Shown: one piece after another, positions 10,080 to 18,328 of the stretch
Layout: every line of letters begins with the position of its first letter
Numbering within the stretch: position 1 is the first letter of the stretch
Source of the DNA: a virus
Taxonomy: Duplodnaviria; Caudoviricetes
Reading direction: 5' to 3' (one strand)
Length of the DNA stretch: 64,000 nt
IMG/VR virus record: IMGVR_UViG_2885358051_000002
Span: 26,284-90,283 of that record
Position numbers and translations under genes: made by a program
The notes under the pieces: generated by a model
Seen by the model: only the letters and a program-made list of their open reading frames with translations
Database searches by the model: none
Told to the model about the DNA's origin: nothing

Positions 10080-10775
10080 TTAGATTGGAAATATCTTCGC
10101 ATTGTCGTGAAGATTTATTTTTCTTTCAGTGAATGAAATCACACGGGAATCGTTGTAGGCGTCAATCAGCAGGTGTCCATAGTCCTCTACGCTTCCACCA
10201 AAAAGTTTAACCGTTACAGAACCATAGCATACGATATTCCCTTTCCCAGACACCACTGTTCGATCCATAGCAACGACTTTACCCTTCTCCACGTTAGCCC
10301 GGCACGCATCGGAGAGACGCACACAGGCTTTTTCTGCATTGACAAAAACATTGCAGGCACCCTTTGTCCACACCTTACGGGCACCAAACACATAGACACG
10401 GTGACGACCATCGACAACGAGTGCCGGAGACGGGGTTTCTCCATCCGCATCATCATCTCCTACGAGAATGATAGAAGGAGGTGCGGACAACGGAGGCACT
10501 TCATTGTAGAACACACCCGCGAGATTGATGTCCTCACGATAGATGTCATAGTTCTTTCGGAAAGCCTCCATCACCAGGGATGGCACCTCATGCAGAAAAC
10601 CATCCCAATAGCGTTTCCATGCCGACACCAGTTCCGGTACAGTATGCGCATTGTGGAAAAAAGCCTGCGATTCCTCACAGTTACCCGACTGCGCCAGGAT
10701 GCCTATGCACATCTCCTGAAAACGGGTGAAATACTCATTCTTCTCCACGATTACCCTCCTTTCTGTTCTTATCAA
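10080..10775 (-). CDS. Hypothetical phage protein with a C-terminal beta-repeat-like segment
   Basis: 231 aa ORF; short V/A/G-rich beta repeats at the C-terminus. Confidence 0.7.
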   Translation of the reverse strand: MIRTERRVIVEKNEYFTRFQEMCIGILAQSGNCEESQAFFHNAHTVPELVSAWKRYWDGFLHEVPSLVMEAFRKNYDIYREDINLAGVFYNEVPPLSAPPSIILVGDDDADGETPSPALVVDGRHRVYVFGARKVWTKGACNVFVNAEKACVRLSDACRANVEKGKVVAMDRTVVSGKGNIVCYGSVTVKLFGGSVEDYGHLLIDAYNDSRVISFTERKINLHDNAKIFPI

Positions 10776-11304
10776 TAGCCCGTCTCACCGAATCCCATTC
10801 CGCCATATCCAGCACATCCGTATCAGGGTCATACGTCCCAACCCAAAGGACGGTTGCCTTGTCTCCCACCACATCCTGAACAACAAAAAACTCGAACGGT
10901 TGGATAGTCGGAAAATCCACGTCCTGCATAGATATGCCATCGGCCGTAGTTCTTCTGATACGCTCCACCTCAGCCTTGGTAAGCATAGCCACCTCAGACC
11001 TCCGTCGGCCTACCGCCTTCGTCTGACAGTCGATGATATAATCATTCCACTGCTTCTGTTGCAATCTATACATCTGACAACAATAAAGATTACTGAGAAA
11101 AGTCTTCCAACGGCCCGCACCCTGTGCAATGAAAAACAGCGCGACAGGTTCGGATATAAACACCCGACGTTCCTTGTCATTCCAAGAAACCAATCCCACG
11201 CGAATCATCTTGTCAAAGATGGCAAACACCTTGGACAAAGCGGAGAGCCATTTCAGTCTCTTTTCCTCCTGACGGTGTTCCCGCCATTTTTTCAGCCATT
11301 TCAT
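10735..11304 (-). CDS. Hypothetical phage protein (189 aa)
   Basis: ORF in operon. Confidence 0.7.
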   Translation of the reverse strand: MKWLKKWREHRQEEKRLKWLSALSKVFAIFDKMIRVGLVSWNDKERRVFISEPVALFFIAQGAGRWKTFLSNLYCCQMYRLQQKQWNDYIIDCQTKAVGRRRSEVAMLTKAEVERIRRTTADGISMQDVDFPTIQPFEFFVVQDVVGDKATVLWVGTYDPDTDVLDMAEWDSVRRAIDKNRKEGNRGEE

Positions 11305-11316
11305 ATCCGTATATGA

Positions 11317-12201
11317 TTAAGTCAGAGAAGCATCAGGACCGGCAAACAAACGATGCTGGGAAAGGATTTCCTCGTGTATCAGAGATGCCGCCTGCTTCGC
11401 ATTCGGATGCGGTTTTCCCGTATTACCGAGCAGACGAAGCCGAAAGATATGTCTCCATTCAAACGCCGAGTAGGTATATACCACGCGCGTTGCCGTATCA
11501 AGCGGCAGAAATCCCCGTGCATCCTGTGGAGGAAGACCGAGACGCAGCGCCATGCGATAAGCCCATTCCCCACACTTCCATGCCACGTTAGCCAAGAGTC
11601 GCTTCGTCCAGTGCGCACAATCATACCAGTGAGGCAAACAGATGGTGATACCACGCCCCGGACGGCCGAAGTTCACGTAGCGTGTAGATTGTTCCGCTAT
11701 GCTGTTCGGACTGGTACGGTTCAGTTCACGAGATGTGCTTATCTGCGTCGTCAGACACACCGTATAGCGAAGACACATGAATGCTGTAGGGAAGTGCAGC
11801 TCAAGTGCCCGAGACACGAACCTATCTACCGACACCTCATAGGGGGTAAGAATTTTGGCAATCTTCAGATTATCATTCAAGTACTGTCCGTTTGTGGACA
11901 GGAAATATATACGGCCGTCCATCCCTTTTTTCTTGTAATATACACAGGTCACAAAAGGCGTATTCGTCAGTGCCACGCACAGACATGCCGGAACATCAGA
12001 AGTATTGCCAGATTGGAACACATAATAGTAAGACGCATGTCGGAACATCGAAAGATGTCCACGTGAAGCCAATTCATCACACAGTTCCTCCGGAGATTTC
12101 TTTCCCCCTTCGGACGCATAGCATACGCGTGCTGCACGAGCCACGTGCGCCGGATTAGAATTGTTTACCCACAGTTCTGCGGATGGAAGTATTTTTTTCA
12201 T
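11317..12201 (-). CDS. thyX: FAD-dependent thymidylate synthase ThyX
   Basis: AARVCY, HLSMFRH, RELNRTSPNSIAEQSTRY (ThyX motif variant), QDARGFLP, WRHIFRLR. Confidence 0.88.
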   Translation of the reverse strand: MKKILPSAELWVNNSNPAHVARAARVCYASEGGKKSPEELCDELASRGHLSMFRHASYYYVFQSGNTSDVPACLCVALTNTPFVTCVYYKKKGMDGRIYFLSTNGQYLNDNLKIAKILTPYEVSVDRFVSRALELHFPTAFMCLRYTVCLTTQISTSRELNRTSPNSIAEQSTRYVNFGRPGRGITICLPHWYDCAHWTKRLLANVAWKCGEWAYRMALRLGLPPQDARGFLPLDTATRVVYTYSAFEWRHIFRLRLLGNTGKPHPNAKQAASLIHEEILSQHRLFAGPDASLT

Positions 12202-12478
12202 TATTACATAGATTATACCGTTTTACAAATTTCGCCTCATTGAGACAAATGTGCACATCCGTCCGGTTGCGCAAGAAAGAGTATTTGATGTTCAACTCAT
12301 CCGACAATCCATCCGCTTCCACACACCACTGACCAAGGTAAAAATCGTAATGAACCGGAGCCTTGTATCGAAATGTTGTAAAAAAGCGTTCTCCATTACG
12401 GAGCATGATGTCGATGTCAAGGAATATAAACCGTTGCCCGGTGCCATCGACAAACGAATGTTTCGGAGGAGCTTTCAT
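12155..12478 (-). CDS. Hypothetical protein
   Basis: ORF in operon. Confidence 0.6.
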   Translation of the reverse strand: MKAPPKHSFVDGTGQRFIFLDIDIMLRNGERFFTTFRYKAPVHYDFYLGQWCVEADGLSDELNIKYSFLRNRTDVHICLNEAKFVKRYNLCNNEKNTSIRRTVGKQF

Positions 12479-12485
12479 ATATTCT

Positions 12486-13496
12486 TTAAGACTTTAATGT
12501 GATACCATATTGCGCACAGATGTTAAAGAATGTGCCGATACCTATGCGGTCCGGCCGGCTGAGCGCATTGAACTTCTGATCGCAGAGAGAAGCATTATAC
12601 TTCTGACAGATGGCAGACACACGATGGAAGAAGTTGCGCCCCCACGGATCGGGTAAATTAGCCAGGGCAAATCCGACACGAAACCAGTCTGCATAGTCAT
12701 TAGTGATGTCAATATGGTGCCGCTCCAGTTTCTCCACCAGAATACCCACCTTGTTCACAAGGTCATCCGAGGGCTCCGTATGCGGTTGATATACGGCCGC
12801 CTTTGGCGCCAGCATCTGAGAACCGAGGTCGATACCCGAATACGGGATTACATTCGGGTTAATATACGGATGTTCATCGTAGGAAGCGAAACGGATGCGC
12901 GTCACATCGCCACACTGCTTGTCAATGACGATTCCCAGTGCCGCATATTCGCGGAGCAAGGCACGGAACTGTTCCTTGTGGTACTGCGGATAATCCAGCG
13001 GGATAAGCGCAAAATACCCCGTTCCAGAGCAGGACAGCATCAGGAGTGCCACTTCGGGACGATGACGCAATGTACGAAGGACAGATTTCATATCCGAAAG
13101 CGACTGATTATCCTGCAGGTCGATGTCGATGCAAAGAAAACCCGTATGTTGAAGCAGATGTGCCGTGCGCCGACTCACATGTTCCGTCACTGAAAACAGT
13201 TCTCCTGTCTTCCGGTTCACTTTCTCCGAGGTCACTTCGCGCAGTTCAAAAAGTCCCGAAAGCGTAGCCCCAGGCAGAATCGTTTTCATCTTCTTGTAGT
13301 CCTCCCGTTTCTTCGCCTCCTTTGCCCCATACTGATCCACCAAGCCACGCAACTGCATGACCACCGATTTCCAGCGGTCAGTGAGGCAGAAGTCGCGGAT
13401 GGTCATCTGCCGGATGACACTATTCGTAGTACGGTCGTAGAACCGTCCCACATTATCGTGCGCATCCGTATATATAGAGCAAAGTTTATCAAACAT
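12486..13496 (-). CDS. BT4734/VirE-N-like domain plus PriCT-2 primase C-terminal domain protein
   Basis: TGFLCIDIDL, LMLSCSGTG, DKQCGDVTRIRFASYD; YADWFRVGFALA...FHRVSAICQKY is typical of PriCT-2. Confidence 0.8.
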   Translation of the reverse strand: MFDKLCSIYTDAHDNVGRFYDRTTNSVIRQMTIRDFCLTDRWKSVVMQLRGLVDQYGAKEAKKREDYKKMKTILPGATLSGLFELREVTSEKVNRKTGELFSVTEHVSRRTAHLLQHTGFLCIDIDLQDNQSLSDMKSVLRTLRHRPEVALLMLSCSGTGYFALIPLDYPQYHKEQFRALLREYAALGIVIDKQCGDVTRIRFASYDEHPYINPNVIPYSGIDLGSQMLAPKAAVYQPHTEPSDDLVNKVGILVEKLERHHIDITNDYADWFRVGFALANLPDPWGRNFFHRVSAICQKYNASLCDQKFNALSRPDRIGIGTFFNICAQYGITLKS

Positions 13497-13508
13497 AGAA
13501 AAGGCTAT

Positions 13509-13907
13509 TCAATTCTTATTTCTGTCATTATTCTTTTTAAGTTGCCCGTTATGACAGGCTTTGGGCATTTCCGCATGAAGTCGCTCCTTCATTTTGTCAA
13601 AGAAGCCACAGAACGAGTCCATCATGTCCACCTGACTATTCAGTTCCTGCATGAAGCACATCAGCATCAACATGGAAGAACCCAGGACCTCTATTGAGGT
13701 GAACGGATTGATACCTGCCTCTTTCATAAGAGTCAGTACCTTCGGTGTCATTTCTTGCTGAACCTTCAGCGACTCCTCTATGCGCTTCTGCTCGTTTTTG
13801 GATGTCAGACACCGGTCCTTGTCAATTTTCAATTTCTTAATCATATACACATTTGTATTATAAAGGTGGATTTTTACGTATGAAACGCGCATACAAACAT
13901 TCCACAA
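13509..13907 (-). CDS. Hypothetical protein (true start probably the internal MIKK)
   Basis: ORF in operon. Confidence 0.55.
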   Translation of the reverse strand: MWNVCMRVSYVKIHLYNTNVYMIKKLKIDKDRCLTSKNEQKRIEESLKVQQEMTPKVLTLMKEAGINPFTSIEVLGSSMLMLMCFMQELNSQVDMMDSFCGFFDKMKERLHAEMPKACHNGQLKKNNDRNKN

Positions 13908-14241
13908 TATAGTTGAATGCGAGGGTGACAGCGAATCCCGTCACGACATATAGTACAGATGTGAGCCACCATGCCAGCCAAGCGAAGATCAAGGCTATAA
14001 TCAGTTGAACACAGATTTCCTGTATATAATTTTTTTTGAAATAAGCATTACGCCATCGCCGTGGCTTGTCTGGATCCTTAATTTTGTAGTATCTCCAGGA
14101 TGCGAATCCCCCCGTAAACATAGCAGCCAGTATGGAGCCTACAAGCAGCCAGGGAGCGTTCAGCAACGGCATAATCCAGCATCCAATGCCTAACACGAAG
14201 GCAAGCAGTGACCAGTTGAGAATGAAAAAATACCTGTTCAT
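13858..14241 (-). CDS. Small integral membrane protein (about 4 TM); holin-like role possible
   Basis: Two pairs of hydrophobic segments separated by a basic loop. Confidence 0.65.
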   Translation of the reverse strand: MNRYFFILNWSLLAFVLGIGCWIMPLLNAPWLLVGSILAAMFTGGFASWRYYKIKDPDKPRRWRNAYFKKNYIQEICVQLIIALIFAWLAWWLTSVLYVVTGFAVTLAFNYIVECLYARFIRKNPPL

Positions 14242-14267
14242 CGTGGTTATAATCTGTTATTGTGCTA

Positions 14268-14299
14268 CAAAAATAAAGGTTTTAATCGGATTTACAAAA
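14268..14299 (-). promoter_or_regulatory. Bacteroidetes housekeeping-type promoter overlapping the conserved motif GGTTTTAATCGGATTTACAAAA
   Basis: TTTG-19 nt-TATTTTTG; the 22-mer is identical at 52704-52725 and its 16-bp core recurs at 38483-38498. Confidence 0.7.
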
Positions 14300-15209
14300 T
14301 AAAATCTCTTGTTTTTGCGATTACGCCCCTTATTTTTAACGTTTAAGGTTGATTTCGATGAGGAAAGGATGAAAATCTGTCTGCCTGAGTATGTTTATCA
14401 GATGTCTTCTAATGGGACAACCCGATGACCAGTATTCTCGGAACTTAGCTCTCCGCCTTTGCTCACCACCCCACTCTCCTTATCTTTTTCCTTAGATCCT
14501 CAAAATAACTTTTTGAAGGTTGAGACAATGAAAAGGGGAAAGTCAGAAATGAAATAAAAAGTTGAGCAAAGAGACTAAAAGAGGGGAAAAGTAATTTTGA
14601 AAAATGCTCCAAAACACTGAAAACTATTACCCTTATACAAGTAAAAAGTTATTTTACCCTCTTTTTTACAAACATTCCGCACACAGGAAGAAAAACAAAA
14701 AAAAAGAAAAATCTATCAGAAACAAGCCAAAATCCCCTCATTTTGCTATCCATAATTTTTTCCTAATTATCTAATAGTCAAAAGAGAAAGTGGAACTTTC
14801 GTATATTGCTTTATGCCTTTTGAGGTCTGGGGAAAAGAGGGTCTTGGAGAGACGCAAAATTCGCAAAATAATCAGCAGGGTATGGAGAAAAACCACTTTT
14901 TCTCCTTTTGGACTTGAAAAAGGAGGGATAAAAGGAGGAAAAGTAGCGGAAATACAAGGGATTCCGAAGATGGGAGGACACTCTTAGCCCTCCTCCTTTT
15001 AGTCTCCCTAAGCATCCTTGAAAATCAGGAATGGCAAAACACACACGAACAGGAGTTTTTTTTGCGCGACCGCTTGCACATGTCAGGGGGATTTAGTAAA
15101 TTTGCATTGTATATTAAATTGGGATATTGTTTGCTTTTTGTTTTGTTATAGGAATTGGAGCCTCTCCATTAGGTCAATAGCGGTTAATCCCAATAAGGTG
15201 AGACCAAAA

Positions 15210-15237
15210 GCGCCCCGAAGTCCAAACTTCGAGGCGT
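15210..15237 (-). terminator. Intrinsic terminator ending the ACP/KAS operon
   Basis: ACGCCTCGAAG/CTTCGGGGCGC stem then TTTT on the minus strand. Confidence 0.7.
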
Positions 15238-15267
15238 TGTCTTGTCGATAAGTGGACACCGATTGTC

Positions 15268-16497
15268 CTACGGAAGAAGGTTGAGGAATATGGCCGCGTT
15301 GGTACCACCGAAACCAAAAGAATTGCACAGACAAAGCCCGTGATTGTATTCCTGTGGTCGCGTGGGAATAATGAGAGATGAAGCTGCGCTGTCCTTTTCG
15401 GCAAGATGGGGGTGCGGGGAGACAAAGCCTCCTTGCTGCTGGATGATGGCATAGACGATAGTCGATACCCCGGACATCCAACACTCGTGTCCGGTAAGTG
15501 CCTTGATTGGCACCGTGAGTGGTGGCCGTTCCATCCGCTTCGTCAGTTCAGAGATAGCCTGAGCTTCCGCCGAGTCCCCATCCCTTGTAGAAGTCGCGTG
15601 CGGGAAGATGGTTGTCAGTTGCGGTACGGGTGTCTCCTTGCCCAGCGCCATACGCATTGCCGCGAGAATGCTGTCGGCCGACGGAGACACGATGTTTGGT
15701 GATGTAGAGAAACCATAACCCAGTACCTCCGCCATCGGATAGTGCAATCTGCCGGACATAGAAAACCTTTGCGCGTAATGCTCTTCCGATTCTATCACCA
15801 GTGCCGCTGCACCACCCGACGGAACAAGACCATCACGCGATTTGTCAAACGGCCGGGAGGCTGTGGAGGGGGAAGACTCATTGCGAGAGAACACCCCCAG
15901 CGCATCAAATGCCGTATAAGCCAGTGTACCCACTTCCTGCGCCCCTACCACCACTGCAGCGTCGATGATACCAGATGCTATCAAAGAGTGAGCGATGCCG
16001 ACGGCATGGCCACCACCGGCACATGCCGCAGAAAGCGTCAGCGAAAGCCCGCTGAATCCAAAGATAGATGCCAGTGCCATAGATACCGTAGAGTTCAGCG
16101 AGCGAAAGACCTGAAAGCCCCCTACCCTTCGTGTATCGTGATATGTCTCCATGATGCCCTCCGTCTCGGCATTGGCACAAGCCGTGGAGTCATTGCTTAC
16201 GATGAGCGCATAGCGAGAGCAGTCCGTGATGGACGCCTGTGCAAGCGCCTGTTTCACCGCCATGTAGGCATAGATTGACGGCTCGGAAAGACATTTGCGC
16301 TGTGCGTTACGCAGCGGTTCTTTTGTTAAGTCTGGCATGGAAACCAAGCCCGTGAGAGAAGATTGGTAGCCATATACCTTTCGCGCATGAGATATACCGA
16401 TACCAGGAGTGCCGGAGCGGAGACTTTTCGCCACCTCTCCCTGAGACCGGCCGAGACAGGACCAGATACCTATTCCCGTGATTAAAGATTGTCGCAT
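15268..16497 (-). CDS. Beta-ketoacyl-ACP synthase (FabB/FabF family)
   Basis: Catalytic Cys in SAACAGG, His in FPHATST and GHECW, ASRPFDKSRDGLVPSGGAAAL, C-terminal NSFGFGGTNA. Confidence 0.93.
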   Translation of the reverse strand: MRQSLITGIGIWSCLGRSQGEVAKSLRSGTPGIGISHARKVYGYQSSLTGLVSMPDLTKEPLRNAQRKCLSEPSIYAYMAVKQALAQASITDCSRYALIVSNDSTACANAETEGIMETYHDTRRVGGFQVFRSLNSTVSMALASIFGFSGLSLTLSAACAGGGHAVGIAHSLIASGIIDAAVVVGAQEVGTLAYTAFDALGVFSRNESSPSTASRPFDKSRDGLVPSGGAAALVIESEEHYAQRFSMSGRLHYPMAEVLGYGFSTSPNIVSPSADSILAAMRMALGKETPVPQLTTIFPHATSTRDGDSAEAQAISELTKRMERPPLTVPIKALTGHECWMSGVSTIVYAIIQQQGGFVSPHPHLAEKDSAASSLIIPTRPQEYNHGLCLCNSFGFGGTNAAIFLNLLP

Positions 16498-16751
16498 ACA
16501 GAAGGTTTTTTGGAGATAAGAAAACTGATTACATCACGAATGGTGCGAACATTTTTAACGTCCACGCTGTTCAAATCGACCGAAAAAGCCGTCTCTATCC
16601 CAATGATAAAGTCCACTATGTCGAGCGACTCCATACCTATGTCGCAGGATAGGCTGGAATCAAGAGTGATAGACTCCTTTGGTGGCATGAATGCGCTGTC
16701 GAAACGAGCCAAAAGGATTTCGAGAATCCGAGGGAAAATTTTTTCTTCCAT
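16482..16751 (-). CDS. Acyl carrier protein
   Basis: 89 aa; DIGMESLDIVDFIIGIETAF matches the phosphopantetheine-attachment helix (Ser in ESL); overlaps the KAS start. Confidence 0.88.
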   Translation of the reverse strand: MEEKIFPRILEILLARFDSAFMPPKESITLDSSLSCDIGMESLDIVDFIIGIETAFSVDLNSVDVKNVRTIRDVISFLISKKPSVCDNL

Positions 16752-16771
16752 GAATAAATGAATTGATGAAT

Positions 16772-17188
16772 TTATGATTTTATGAAACGCAAGACTTCAA
16801 GTACACGCAATTCCTCCTTTGTCGCAAACTCTTCAGGTGGCAACGCCCTTACGAGTTTTGCTGTATTACGATTATATTCAGTGATGCAGTATTCAAGTTT
16901 AACGCACACATGTGGGAACGGCCTACTGTTACTGTAATCCATATACTTTCCACACGACTTACGCAGCATCGGTGTGTCATCCGGAATATCGACGATAATG
17001 CAAGCATCATACGACACGATGCCTTTGAGGTACCTCCATGCCGTCTTAGGTTCATCCGGAGAAAAGCAGAACCCCTTTGAGACAGATCCACCTTTTCCAC
17101 CTCTGTAATGGTCGGTATTGTTGATAAGTGTCTCTCCTGCCAAGAATTTGTCAAATTCTTGGCGAGAACAAAATCTTGTGAGTATCAT
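16772..17188 (-). CDS. Hypothetical phage protein
   Basis: 138 aa ORF, ATGA-coupled to the upstream gene. Confidence 0.7.
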   Translation of the reverse strand: MILTRFCSRQEFDKFLAGETLINNTDHYRGGKGGSVSKGFCFSPDEPKTAWRYLKGIVSYDACIIVDIPDDTPMLRKSCGKYMDYSNSRPFPHVCVKLEYCITEYNRNTAKLVRALPPEEFATKEELRVLEVLRFIKS

Positions 17189-18297
17189 TTCTTTTTGGAT
17201 TTCATTTGTTTGTTAATACGCTCCATCTCCTCGTTGTGCCGTGAGATGTCTTCGAGTTGTTGGAGGATAGTCGTATAAGGTTCTCTGTCCACATCACGCG
17301 CCGTCATGGACAGATACTTCTCCATCGTTGCCGTTGTTCGCGTATAGATTTCAAGAGGGTTAGGTTGCCGCTCATTTTTCCCCACAGGTTGTTTCTTGAA
17401 TACCTTGGGAAACATCTTTGCTAAATACATCATCATGGACGACCACCAAAGAAGGACAAGTTGCCAGTCACGATCAGGGAAATTGCGAAAGTAAGGTGCA
17501 TTATCCGACGACTGATTGGACTGATAATGGAAGCGCGTCACGGTACGCCCCGTTTCTTCGTCAATATATGTGATACGCCGCTCGTATATAGTTGCGAGGA
17601 ATAACGCCTTTGCCAAATCCACGTTTTTAGAAGCCATCAGCAAATCATTCGGAGAAATCTTCCGTCCCATCCGTTGCATCTTCACGAGATGGTTCTGTGC
17701 GTTCATATAGTTTTGCATATACTCCTGCGCAAAGCGATACCGCTGCCAGGAGAAGCCATCCATGAGGGGTGCGGGGCCACGAAAGGGCACCTTGCGCAGC
17801 GACAAACCACGGCGCCGACGGATATTGCGAAGAAGAAACAGAAGCAAGCCATTACCCTGCGTCATATCCAGCCAATCCAACATACCCGGTTGCGCCCTAT
17901 TCCTCCCTTTGGCCGGGACGCCGGAAAGCCACGAGTGAATTTGCCACACATAGAGAGAAAACGTATCGTCATATCCACAGATGCGCCGGATGCACCACGA
18001 CCTAAACGACCGCCATGCCCGATAAACGAAGAACCACAAACGCCCCTCATCCTCAATAGAGTAAGAGCGCATCCGGCAAAGGTAATACTGTGCTTCGACC
18101 GGCACACGAGGATTCAGCGGTTCAACCACCTCTATGTTCGTGAGTCGGAAGAACACCGCAATCTTCACCTCCATCATATCAAAAGGACGGAGAGGAGAGG
18201 AAAGGAAAGCCCGCTCCGTCATAATCTCCGCTATTGCCCGAAGTTGTGCGAGCGTACACCTGTTCCACGAAACAGGAAGTCTCAAATCTATCTGCAT
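17185..18297 (-). CDS. Hypothetical protein downstream of the tape measure (tail-associated?)
   Basis: 370 aa ORF; function inferred from position only. Confidence 0.65.
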   Translation of the reverse strand: MQIDLRLPVSWNRCTLAQLRAIAEIMTERAFLSSPLRPFDMMEVKIAVFFRLTNIEVVEPLNPRVPVEAQYYLCRMRSYSIEDEGRLWFFVYRAWRSFRSWCIRRICGYDDTFSLYVWQIHSWLSGVPAKGRNRAQPGMLDWLDMTQGNGLLLFLLRNIRRRRGLSLRKVPFRGPAPLMDGFSWQRYRFAQEYMQNYMNAQNHLVKMQRMGRKISPNDLLMASKNVDLAKALFLATIYERRITYIDEETGRTVTRFHYQSNQSSDNAPYFRNFPDRDWQLVLLWWSSMMMYLAKMFPKVFKKQPVGKNERQPNPLEIYTRTTATMEKYLSMTARDVDREPYTTILQQLEDISRHNEEMERINKQMKSKKK

Positions 18298-18328
18298 ATC
18301 CTATACTATATACAACAAAAGTTACACA

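Noticed and set aside
14414-14420. Additional late promoter (GGGACAA)
   Set aside because: No TAnnTTTG box at the 25-nt spacing
15140-15205. SAM-II riboswitch or self-cleaving ribozyme
   Set aside because: Only a short GATTAACCG resemblance; the required pairings could not be built by eye
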